A DNA stretch of 61,565 nt, filler included, from Chthonomonadaceae bacterium (lineage in GTDB: Bacteria > Armatimonadota > Chthonomonadetes > Chthonomonadales > Chthonomonadaceae), in the NCBI GenBank assembly GCA_035650735.1. It is 3 parts of 3 records of this genome, joined end to end, with 100 filler letters (N's around TTAATTAATTAA, not from the genome) between each part and the next. Parts side by side here need not be neighbours in the genome. Positions count along the whole stretch, not along the records: positions 22,766 to 43,137 come from DASRGZ010000213.1; positions 43,238 to 61,565 come from DASRGZ010000216.1; 1 more part is not named here. One strand, 5' to 3'. The notes under the pieces were generated by a model, which made no database searches, was not told where the DNA came from, and worked only from the letters and a program-made list of their open reading frames with translations. The position numbers and the translations under genes were made by a program. Positions 38,453 through 47,162 of the stretch are shown piece by piece; positions within the stretch are counted from its first letter, which is position 1, and each line of letters starts with the position of its first letter.

Positions 38453-39989
38453 GGCGCGCTCCTCTTGCCGGTCGAGGGCCAGGCGCCTCCAGTCCCGGCA
38501 GCGCCGCGCCCTGGGCATGGTCAAACTCTGCCGCCGCCGTGTGGAGATCATAGAGCGCCTGTAGCTCCCGTTCACGCGCGGCCCGGACCTCGCGCTGCGC
38601 CGATTGGACCTCGATCACCGTCCCGCGCCCAACCTCATAGGCTTTTTCGGCCACCGTCGCCGTCGCCTGCGCCCCGCGCACCTGCGTCTGCGCTAGCGCC
38701 ATCCGCGCCTGCGCCTCGCGCATCTTCTGCCACGCCTGAGTCACGTCCAGCGCGATAGCCTGTCGCGTATCCTCCAGCAGCGCCTCCAGCCGCTGCGCCT
38801 GCGCCTGCGCCTCGCGCGTATCCAGCTGCGCCTTGCCGCCGTCTAGAATGGGCCAGCGCACCTCCAGCGTCGCCGCCAGATAATGCTCATGGACGAATGC
38901 GCTCGGGGTTTGTTCCGTCATCTGGCCGCGCACGCTCCATGCCGGCTGCGACTGTACTCGCGCCAGCGACACGCCCGCGCGCGCCGCCACCAGATTCTGC
39001 TCCAGGGATACCAGCTCCAGGCGGTTGCGCAGGGCGGCGGCGATGGCGGCCTCGGGCGCCTCCGGCACGACCGGAAGGGCCGCTACCGGCTCCAGGCTAA
39101 CCGGCGTCGAGAGCGGACGGCCCAGCGCGCGGTTGAAGGCCAGCCGGGCCAACGCCAATCCACCCTCCGCCTGCGTCACGCCCGCCTGTGCCTCCGCCAC
39201 CTGCGCCGCGACCGTCTCCGCATCTACCGGCTTGGCAAAGCCCGCCGCGATCTGGCGCTGCACCAACGCCTGATAGCGCTGCGCCGCCGCCAGGCCGTCC
39301 TGCGCCGTCCGCACGCCCGACTCGGCCCGCAGCACATCCAGATAGGCCTTCCGCACCGACAGCGCCAGGTCGGCCAGCGCCTTGCGGTAGTCCAGCGCCG
39401 CCGCATACGATTGGGCCGCATAGCGCTGCCGGGCCGCGCCCAATCCAGGCCGGTAGACCACCTGCTCCAAAGTCAGATCCAGCCGGGCCACTCGCTCCGG
39501 CAGCACCACCGCCTCGGTCTCGTCCGGGCGCGGGAAGGTAACGCGCGGCCCCTGGAGCGTGCCGGAAGCCGTCGCATTCAGCGTTGGGCGTGCCACCGGC
39601 TTCTCTCGATCCGCCTGCGTCTGCGCGGCCTCCCAGGCAAACCGCGCCGCCCGCGCCTGCGGACTCTGCCGCAGCGCCGTCTCTACACTCTCCGCCAGCG
39701 TCAGCGGTTTCGCCGCCTCCTGCGCCCCCGTCACCGACGCAATAAAGAACAAGAGAAAGAGAATATAAACCACCCGCTGCGCTAGAGCCACGGAGACACA
39801 GAGGAAACACGGTGAAAAGACACAAGCAAAAAACCCTTTGGACAGGATGAACGGGATGAACCGGATTTCCAATAACCGCCAAGCCTCAGGTCTGTGGGTT
39901 TGTCTAATCCTGTAAATCCTGTTAATCTTGTCTAATTGTCTTTGTTTTTCTCCGTGAATTCTCCGTGTCTCCGTGTCTCTGTGGTTCAT
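38442..39989 (-). CDS. TolC family outer-membrane efflux protein with repeat-derived N-terminal extension
   Basis: LTLAESVETAL, VRKAYLDVL, WPILDGG, YEVGRGTVIEV; ATG overlaps the upstream TGA (ATGA). Confidence 0.85.
   Translation of the reverse strand: MNHRDTETRRIHGEKQRQLDKINRIYRIRQTHRPEAWRLLEIRFIPFILSKGFFACVFSPCFLCVSVALAQRVVYILFLLFFIASVTGAQEAAKPLTLAESVETALRQSPQARAARFAWEAAQTQADREKPVARPTLNATASGTLQGPRVTFPRPDETEAVVLPERVARLDLTLEQVVYRPGLGAARQRYAAQSYAAALDYRKALADLALSVRKAYLDVLRAESGVRTAQDGLAAAQRYQALVQRQIAAGFAKPVDAETVAAQVAEAQAGVTQAEGGLALARLAFNRALGRPLSTPVSLEPVAALPVVPEAPEAAIAAALRNRLELVSLEQNLVAARAGVSLARVQSQPAWSVRGQMTEQTPSAFVHEHYLAATLEVRWPILDGGKAQLDTREAQAQAQRLEALLEDTRQAIALDVTQAWQKMREAQARMALAQTQVRGAQATATVAEKAYEVGRGTVIEVQSAQREVRAARERELQALYDLHTAAAEFDHAQGAALPGLEAPGPRPARGARHGR
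39787..39986. repeat. Nested palindrome (family E)
   Basis: Outer CCACGGAGACACAGAG / CTCCGTGTCTCTGTGG; inner GACAGGATGAACGGGATGAACCGGATT (39841-39867) / AATCCTGTAAATCCTGTTAATCTTGTC (39906-39932). Confidence 0.85.
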
Positions 39990-40750
39990 TCGCGTTCTTC
40001 CGGCAGGGTTTGCAGGAAAGTTTCGAGGAAGGCGGCCAGATTCCTTGCTGCCCGTGCCGAACGCAAGCCCAACCGCGCGAGTGCCGGGATCTTCCAGGGG
40101 CGGAGGAGGGTTGCGTGCAGCACGGGACCCGTGTACACGTTGCCGTCGGGGTCAGCAAGGGCATTGAAATCCAGCGGCATCGCGTCCTCCGGGCCGTCGG
40201 TGATGGCGCGCACGGCCAGCCAGGGAATGCCGTGCGCCTGAGCTACTCGCGCCGCGCCCGCCGTTTCCATGTCTACGGCGAGGGCGCCGGTGCGCCGGGC
40301 CAGAGCGCGTTTTTCCTCGGGAGAAAGCAGCACGCGAGCGGCCGTGACCAGCGTTCCGCGCCGCAGGGAAAGGCCAGACAAGCGAACGGACTCCGCTGCG
40401 CAAAGCAGATCGGAGTCCGCGGAATAGATCGTTGCGGGGGTGTGGGCGTCTTCCGACTCATCCATCACCCTATCGGCCAGGACAAGCGTTTCCGGGCGCA
40501 CTCCCTGCGCCAACCCGCCAGCAAACCCACAGATAAGCAGATACTTTATGGCGTCCGGATGCGCCGCAAAAAGCTGGGTCGCGGCCCGCGCAGCGTTCTG
40601 CGCTCCCGCTCCCGAACTGGACACGATGACGCGGCTTTCTGGAACGCGCCTTCTTTTCTGGAAAGACCACGCCTCCTCCGGCAAGGCAAAGAGGAGACAA
40701 CCCTTCTGCAAAGGGGCGGCCTGCGGCAAGGGTTCCTCCGGGCCGGTCAT
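39986..40750 (-). CDS. Nucleoside phosphorylase, HpnG-like (PNP_UDP_1)
   Basis: ICGFAGGL, AVDMETAG, AVRAITD; next to hpnA-like and ispH genes. Confidence 0.75.
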   Translation of the reverse strand: MTGPEEPLPQAAPLQKGCLLFALPEEAWSFQKRRRVPESRVIVSSSGAGAQNAARAATQLFAAHPDAIKYLLICGFAGGLAQGVRPETLVLADRVMDESEDAHTPATIYSADSDLLCAAESVRLSGLSLRRGTLVTAARVLLSPEEKRALARRTGALAVDMETAGAARVAQAHGIPWLAVRAITDGPEDAMPLDFNALADPDGNVYTGPVLHATLLRPWKIPALARLGLRSARAARNLAAFLETFLQTLPEERE

Positions 40751-40757
40751 GGCTTTC

Positions 40758-41654
40758 CTATTCCGAGGCCGTGACGGCCTCGGCGGGTTCGATGTCGGCG
40801 GTGAGCACCTTCACCTTGACGGCCTCGACCAGGTCTTCCGGCGTGGAAAGCCCGGAGGCGATACCGATGAGCTCGTAGGACGTGAACGCCTCGACCGGCA
40901 GTTCGTCGGCGTTTTGAACGTGGATGGTGTTCGGGTTATAATGGCGGCAGAGGGCGGCCAGCTCCATGGTGTTGGCGCTGGTGCGCGATCCGACCACGAT
41001 CATCAGCTCCACCTTCGAGGCCAGATCCACTGCATCGTCCTGCCGGTTTTGTACCGGGCGGCAGATGGTGTTGATGATCTGGATCTCCTTGCACATCATC
41101 AACAGCTCGTTGACGATCTCGCGGCAGAGCTCCAGGGCGTGGGTGGTTTGGAAGATGACACCGACCTTGCGCATCAGCTTGCGGCTGGCTTTGGCCTCGC
41201 GCAGCTCCTCCACGTTATCAACGACGAGCGCGGGATGCTCCAGCGCGCCCAGAATGCCCTTGATCTCGGCGTGGTTGCGGTCGCCGACAATCACCACCTG
41301 GCAGCCGCGCGACTCCAGGGTCTTGGCCGCCTCCTGCGCCCTGAGCACGATAGGACAGGTGGCATCCACGACCTCCAGCCCGCGATCCCGGGCCTCCTGG
41401 ATTCTGGCTTTAGGCAGGCCGTGGGCGCGAATGACCATCGTGCCCTGCTTCTGGTCGGCGTAGGTGTCTACCTTGCGCAGGCCCTTGGCCTCCAGCTCAT
41501 CCGTAACACGCTTGTTGTGAACAAGGTCGCCGAGGATAAAGACGTCGTTGCGTTCGGCCAGCGCCTGGCGCGTCAGGTTGATCGCGCGCTTGACGCCGAA
41601 GCAAAACCCGACCTCCTTAGCCATGATGACCTTGCGTTTGGGTTGGCTCTCCAC
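40758..41654 (-). CDS. ispH: 4-hydroxy-3-methylbut-2-enyl diphosphate reductase
   Basis: GFCFGVKRA, LVHN, IRAHG, DATCP, HAE, QTT, NTIC, SANT; GTG start after GAGG. Confidence 0.93.
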   Translation of the reverse strand: MESQPKRKVIMAKEVGFCFGVKRAINLTRQALAERNDVFILGDLVHNKRVTDELEAKGLRKVDTYADQKQGTMVIRAHGLPKARIQEARDRGLEVVDATCPIVLRAQEAAKTLESRGCQVVIVGDRNHAEIKGILGALEHPALVVDNVEELREAKASRKLMRKVGVIFQTTHALELCREIVNELLMMCKEIQIINTICRPVQNRQDDAVDLASKVELMIVVGSRTSANTMELAALCRHYNPNTIHVQNADELPVEAFTSYELIGIASGLSTPEDLVEAVKVKVLTADIEPAEAVTASE

Positions 41655-41710
41655 CCTGCTATCCTCTCTGAAAGACGGAAAGATGAAAGAGACCTCGCTT
41701 TGTTCATCCT

Positions 41711-42733
41711 TCATCCTTTGTGTACGTATGCTCCTTTGTGTACGTATCCGTGCTCACGGAACCAGGCCACCGCCCGCGCCAGGGCGTCCCGGACGGGCGA
41801 TTGCGGCAGGCCCAGCTCCCGCACGGCTTTGGAGGGATCGAAAAACATCTTGTGCCGCGCCATTTTCACTCCCTCGAAGGGATGGAGGGGCGCGCGATGC
41901 AACACCCGCTCGGCAAACACGTTTTCCAGACCGACGGCCAGCCACGCCACGGCATAGGGCATGCGCGCCTTCGGCGCGGGCAGCCCCGTAATCCCGGCCA
42001 GCAGATCCAGCATCTCCTTGAGAGTCAGATTCTGGTTCCCCAGTATATAACGTTGGCCGGTGCGCCCGCGTTCCCGCGCCAGCAGCATCCCCGCCGCCAC
42101 GTCGCGCACGTCAATGAGGTTCAGACCGGTATCCACATAGGCGGGCAGCTTCCGGTTCAGGAAATCCACGATGATCTGGCCGGTGGGCGTCGGCTTGATG
42201 TCGTTCTCTCCGACGGGCGTGCTGGGGTTGACGATGATGACGTCTAATCCCTTCTCCACGAAGGAGCGCGCCTCCTGCTCGGCCAGGAACTTCGAGCGCT
42301 TGTAGTGGCCGATCATATCCGCCTCGGAGACGGGCGTTTCCTCCGTTCCGGGCGTGCCGTCGTGCGGGATGCCGAGCGCGCCGACGGTGCTGGTATAGAT
42401 GACTCGTCCGACGCCCGCCTCCAGCGCCGCTTGCAGCAGATGACGCGTGCCTTCCACGTTGGCCCGGTAGAGCTCCCGTGGGTCTTTGGCCCAGAGCCGG
42501 TAATCGGCGGCGACGTGGAAGAGCGCATCACAGCCGCGCACCGCCTCTCGCAGCGAGGCGGGATCGGTCAGGTCGCCGCAGACGAACGTGACCAGGCGCG
42601 GATCGAGGTCGGCCAGGTTATCGCGGCGACTCTGGGGGCGCACCAGCACGCGAACTGGCTCCCCGCGCGCCACCAGTTGCCGCGCCACGTGGCTGCCTAC
42701 AAACCCCGTCGCGCCCGTCACCAAAGCAAGCAA
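41711..42733 (-). CDS. hpnA: Hopanoid-associated NAD-dependent epimerase/dehydratase
   Basis: GATGFVG, FHVAADYRLW, MIGHYKRSK, NPSTPVG..DIKPTPTG, YVDTGLN. Confidence 0.85.
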   Translation of the reverse strand: MLALVTGATGFVGSHVARQLVARGEPVRVLVRPQSRRDNLADLDPRLVTFVCGDLTDPASLREAVRGCDALFHVAADYRLWAKDPRELYRANVEGTRHLLQAALEAGVGRVIYTSTVGALGIPHDGTPGTEETPVSEADMIGHYKRSKFLAEQEARSFVEKGLDVIIVNPSTPVGENDIKPTPTGQIIVDFLNRKLPAYVDTGLNLIDVRDVAAGMLLARERGRTGQRYILGNQNLTLKEMLDLLAGITGLPAPKARMPYAVAWLAVGLENVFAERVLHRAPLHPFEGVKMARHKMFFDPSKAVRELGLPQSPVRDALARAVAWFREHGYVHKGAYVHKG

Positions 42734-42784
42734 GGTTCTGTCTCTTCAAGAAACTTCTAAACTCATGTTACGCAACCTGACTCT

Positions 42785-43137
42785 GCCGGGCCATGAATGA
42801 CCCGTCTGGCCCGCATCCAGCCGGGCACGGAAAGTACCCGTCTGGTGGGCGGCTTTGCCGCCAAGCGACTGCAAGGGACGGCGCTACCACTGCAAGGGTC
42901 GGAACTACGCACGCTCGACTGCCAGGGACGCCGCTCAACGGTTCGCGGCTCTGCCTGGCGATCTCCGCCTGGCGACACTCGCGCCTCTGCCTTGCGACTG
43001 CGGACGGAACCACCCGGCTTGGCAGGGCGTCCGCCAGGACGCCTGGCCGTAGGCCCTCCAGACGGGGGTTTTCACCCCCCGGCGTGCCGGGGCGGCTATG
43101 CCTGCGGACGGAACCACCTGCCTATCGGGAGGTTGCT
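42785..43137. repeat. Multi-level nested repeat: B within B, containing D within D within D
   Basis: Outer B starts 42785 and resumes after 43083; inner B 42820-43083; D openings at 42868, 42889, 42918 and closings ending 42961, 42975, 42997. Confidence 0.82.
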
Positions 43138-43237
43138 NNNNNNNNNNNNNNNNNNNNNNNNNNNNNNNNNNNNNNNNNNNNTTAATTAATTAANNNNNNN
43201 NNNNNNNNNNNNNNNNNNNNNNNNNNNNNNNNNNNNN
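43138..43237. other. Artificial contig spacer
   Basis: 44 N + TTAATTAATTAA + 44 N. Confidence 0.97.
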
Positions 43238-43724
43238 CCTCGTGGGGGAGATGCGCGACCTGGAGACCATCAAGCTGGCCATTACCGCCGCCGAGACCGG
43301 CCACCTGGTCTTTGCCACCCTTCACACCACCGACGCTCCCCAGACCATTGACCGCATCATTGATGTCTTTGAGCCTGACGCCCAGCAGCAGATACGCCTG
43401 CAGGTTTCGATTGTCTTGCAGGCCGTTATCTCCCAGCAGTTGCTGCGGCGCAAGGATGGAACGGGGCGTGTGGCGGCCTTTGAGGTGATGGTCTGCACCA
43501 GCGCCATCCGCACCCTGATTCGGGAAGGCAAGACTTACCAGCTCTATACCGACATTCAAACAGGGCACGAGTATGGTATGCAGACGCTGGATGGCAGCCT
43601 GCTGAACCTGGTGCGGCGCGGTCTGGTAGATTTTGAGGAGGCGCTGGGCAAGGCGGCGAACCCGGTGGAGTTTTGCGAGCGGGCCGAGCGGTTGGGCCTC
43701 ATGCGCGAGCTGGCGCAACTGTAG
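43238..43724 (+). CDS. pilT: Type IV pilus retraction ATPase PilT/PilU family, 5' truncated
   Basis: GEMRDLET, AAETGHLVFATLHT, AIRTLIREGK, GMQTLD. Confidence 0.9.
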
Positions 43725-43800
43725 CGGCTTCCCCTTGCCGATGGAACCGGCGTGTAGGCTTGTCCCTACCACCAGGCCTGTGAGGCAGGAAACGACGGCG

Positions 43801-44598
43801 TCACTGTTGGCGGACTTCGATGCTCCAGTCCACTAGGTCGAGCGTTGGGTCATTGCCGCCGAAGACGTCCGGATCGGCAGGCTCTTCGATCAGCTGGCCG
43901 GTGAAATCGCTGTTGCGGACGATGCGATTCTGGGAGACGTCTAGAACCAGGAAGCTGCTCGCCCCGGCTAGCGTGCGCGTATCCCCAAACGAGTCCACCA
44001 GCTTGACGACCGGCGTGGTGACATCGCGCGGGACGATATTGGTGGCGACGACGTTGACCTGTAGAAACCGTATCTGACGGGCGCGGTTGGCGGCTTCGGT
44101 TGGATCGGGCAGGGGCGCGCCGTTGGCGTCCGTGATCAACTGGGAAAGGTCGATCTCAAACTGAAGCTGGCTGGCCGTGCGCGGATCGGTCGGGTCGGGC
44201 AGGACAGCGTTAAGCGGGCGACCTTCATAGACAAAGTTAGAGCGGTTCGGGTCGCCGACGGCGTGATAAAGCCCGTAGCCCTGCGGCTGCAGGTTATCGA
44301 AGCGGACGAAATCGGTAAACCCGCTCGTTCCGCCGCCTGAGCCGGTCGCAAAGCCATTGCCATAGGGCGGTATGAGCACCGGCACGGGGCCAGGCGCGTT
44401 CTGATCGCCGGCGTTGTTGATCAGAAAGAAGTAGTGGTAGTTGGGATTGACGGGGGAACGGAAGCGCAGCGTGACGATCAGGCGCTTGCCGGAAAGCTGG
44501 TTGCGCTCCGGCGGCTGCCGCGCGCAGCCGCCCACACCGAACAACAGGATGAGCGCAGCCAATCCGGCCCACCATCCGCCACGACAACCTCTATTCAT
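43801..44598 (-). CDS. Hypothetical lipoprotein
   Basis: Signal with VGGC lipobox; beta-rich mature region; start set at MNRGCRGG. Confidence 0.65.
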   Translation of the reverse strand: MNRGCRGGWWAGLAALILLFGVGGCARQPPERNQLSGKRLIVTLRFRSPVNPNYHYFFLINNAGDQNAPGPVPVLIPPYGNGFATGSGGGTSGFTDFVRFDNLQPQGYGLYHAVGDPNRSNFVYEGRPLNAVLPDPTDPRTASQLQFEIDLSQLITDANGAPLPDPTEAANRARQIRFLQVNVVATNIVPRDVTTPVVKLVDSFGDTRTLAGASSFLVLDVSQNRIVRNSDFTGQLIEEPADPDVFGGNDPTLDLVDWSIEVRQQ

Positions 44599-44651
44599 GT
44601 ATCCGAATTCCTTCCAACAACCCTGTTTAAACTCCTCATGTGTTCCCTTTG

Positions 44652-46160
44652 CTAAACCTGGACAAACTCCAGCTCCAGCAGCCGGGCCATTTTGGCAAGC
44701 GTCCCGGCCTGATGGCCCACGCCCAGGGCGACATGGTGGGTCGGGCCCTGGGAGGCCCAGCGGTTCATCCAGGCGGCGACATCGAAGGCGTCCTCCGGGC
44801 GAGGGGTAAAGCGCAGGCGAGAGTTGGTGTTGCCGATATGGAGGATGTCTCCGGGCAGCGACCATCCCTCCGCGCAGAGCCACTTGAGCCGCCCGTCGCG
44901 CGTCTGGGTCAGGCCCAGGATGGTAACCGGACCGTTACGCACCTGCGCTTCCACGGAGACGCCATAGCCCCGTTTGCCGTGGTAGAGACCCAGCCCGCGC
45001 AGCACGGGTCGGCCCTGCGCGATGCCGATGTGGAATGGCCCGTCGTGGCCCATTAAGATAAAGCGCTCGGCGAAGTCCATCGCGTAGAGCTCCGTGTAGC
45101 TGCCGCCCGCCCCCAGCGTATCCATTACCTTCATCGCCATGCAGTTCTTGAGGTCGCCCTCGCCGCTACAGGGCACGCCGCGCCCGGTCAGCAGCGAGCA
45201 GCCCAGGATCATGCCCGCCGCCAGACGCTCGTAGACATTGCCGTTGACGCCGCGATGATAGTAGGCAAGCCCCTGAAGATCAAAGTCCGCCGCCAGCTTA
45301 TCCAGGCCGACGGCCACGCGACAGGCCCACTCCATCTCCTCCGGCTTGGGCTTTTTGGCAAGCGGATCGCTGGGGCTGTCCTCGCTCACGTCGAAGATCG
45401 CCAGCGCCTCTTCCTGCTTCGCCCGCACTTCCGCCTCCGTGACGGCCTCCACGCGCGCCTCCAGGTCGTCCATCTCCAGAAGCTCGATATGCACGCCAAG
45501 CTGGCCTGTGTGCTGGGTGAAGTCGCTATACATGTCCATCATGCCGGGATAGGTGTGCCCCAGGAAGCCGATACGGCTGCGGGAGAGGGTCTTCTGGACG
45601 CGCGCCGCCGCCAGCCACTGCCCAACCTCCTCCCAGGCGGCCTTTGCCGCCGGATGGTCGGCGGTGATCTCGTTGGCGACCGCGCCCGGCGTCTGCCGCT
45701 CCAGCCCGAGCAGGCCCGTGACCGTGTAGAAATCAATGCCGCACCGCTCGAAGGCGCAGGCGATCTCGGGGACGCAGCACGCCTGGCAGTTGGCAAGCCA
45801 CTCTCCCGTGCCGGTCTTGAGGTATTCCAGTTGCGCCGTCGGCTGAAGGTTGAGGATCAGCACGGGCCGCTTGACCCGCTGCACCGCCGGCACCACCTGG
45901 CTGCTGGTGGAGTAGGTGGTGACGTAGCAGACGACAAGATCAACATCCTCGCGGATGAAGCGGTCGGCGGCAGCGGCGGCAGCCGGCTGGTCGTCTACCA
46001 TGCCGACGTTGACGACCTCGGCTCCCATCTGCCGCAGGCGCTCGCCGACAAAATCGCCGTAGCCGGCCAGCCGCTCACGCAAGCCGGCAAACTGCGGCCA
46101 GTAGGCGGCCAGGCCGATGCTAAACAGTCCGACGGTGCAGCCCTGTTGTGATATGGACAT
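44652..46160 (-). CDS. L-fucose/L-arabinose isomerase family protein
   Basis: YWPQFAGL, GEGDLKN, GSYTE, MGHDGP, GNTNSR, GPTHHVALGVGH. Confidence 0.85.
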   Translation of the reverse strand: MSISQQGCTVGLFSIGLAAYWPQFAGLRERLAGYGDFVGERLRQMGAEVVNVGMVDDQPAAAAAADRFIREDVDLVVCYVTTYSTSSQVVPAVQRVKRPVLILNLQPTAQLEYLKTGTGEWLANCQACCVPEIACAFERCGIDFYTVTGLLGLERQTPGAVANEITADHPAAKAAWEEVGQWLAAARVQKTLSRSRIGFLGHTYPGMMDMYSDFTQHTGQLGVHIELLEMDDLEARVEAVTEAEVRAKQEEALAIFDVSEDSPSDPLAKKPKPEEMEWACRVAVGLDKLAADFDLQGLAYYHRGVNGNVYERLAAGMILGCSLLTGRGVPCSGEGDLKNCMAMKVMDTLGAGGSYTELYAMDFAERFILMGHDGPFHIGIAQGRPVLRGLGLYHGKRGYGVSVEAQVRNGPVTILGLTQTRDGRLKWLCAEGWSLPGDILHIGNTNSRLRFTPRPEDAFDVAAWMNRWASQGPTHHVALGVGHQAGTLAKMARLLELEFVQV

Positions 46161-46192
46161 CGCTACGCTCCTCTCTGATGGGGTGAGGTCAG

Positions 46193-46951
46193 TCAGACGT
46201 CAAGAATGTACCGGGCGGCCTCGCTCAGGCGGGCGTAGGTCTCCGGGCGGATGTATTTGCGCTGGTCAAGCTGTTGCGGATAGTCCCGGTGGCAGAAATA
46301 GCCGTGCATGGCGCGGCGCGGCCTGTTCGTGCGGTTGGTCGTGCCCCCGTGCCAGGTGTGCGCGTTGATGATAAAGACGGTTCCGGCAGGCGCGGTTAGC
46401 TTGATCTCGCGTGGGTGCGGATCGCCAGGATTGACCATCTCATCGCACGGGACTTTGCCGCTGCGGTGTGAGCCGGGCACGACGCGCGTAGCCCCATTCT
46501 CCTCGGTAAAGTCATCCATCAGCCAGATGGAGTTGCAGCCGTAGTAGCCGCCTGGCTTCGGCGCTTCGTCCAAGTCCAGATGCAGGTGCTGCTGCCCCTG
46601 GCCGGGAAGCGCGGCGCGGCTGTTGAGCGAGGAGAAGTGAAACTCGCTTTGCAGGATGTGCGCGACGGCGGCCAGCACGCGCGGGTGCGTGAAGCAGACC
46701 GTGAACATCTCTCCTTTGTTGATCAGGTCGGCCAGGCGGTCGGCTCCTGCTTCCTGGTGGACCTCCTTGCCCGCGTCTTCGCCTTCCAGGGCCAGCAGTT
46801 CTTCCATCCGATCACCGCACGCCCGGACCTGTTCCGGCGTCAGGATGTCGGGCAGGAGCAAGTAGCCGTTTCGATCCAGCGTCTCTTTTTCCCCTGGCGT
46901 CAGCGTGTCCTCGCGCACGCCGAGCGCATAGAGAGCCTCTTGAATGTTCAT
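46193..46951 (-). CDS. PhyH family dioxygenase
   Basis: LDRNGY, HLHLD, IWLMDDFTEENGATRVVPGSH, TWHGG. Confidence 0.9.
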   Translation of the reverse strand: MNIQEALYALGVREDTLTPGEKETLDRNGYLLLPDILTPEQVRACGDRMEELLALEGEDAGKEVHQEAGADRLADLINKGEMFTVCFTHPRVLAAVAHILQSEFHFSSLNSRAALPGQGQQHLHLDLDEAPKPGGYYGCNSIWLMDDFTEENGATRVVPGSHRSGKVPCDEMVNPGDPHPREIKLTAPAGTVFIINAHTWHGGTTNRTNRPRRAMHGYFCHRDYPQQLDQRKYIRPETYARLSEAARYILDV

Positions 46952-47162
46952 GTGTTGCCTCTCTGTTGGTTGGCCGGGCGACTGCGCGCGCTACCCCTTC
47001 ACAGCCTCCTGGACAACGATACATATAAGCTATCCGCCCTCCGGTTCCCTGCTGTCGCCGCTAAACTTCTCGCAAACAGGAATCTTCTGCCGCGATCACG
47101 AAAGGTCTTCTGCACTCCAATCCAGGCATGGGGGCAAGAGGTTAGGTGAAAGGAAGACCGTA

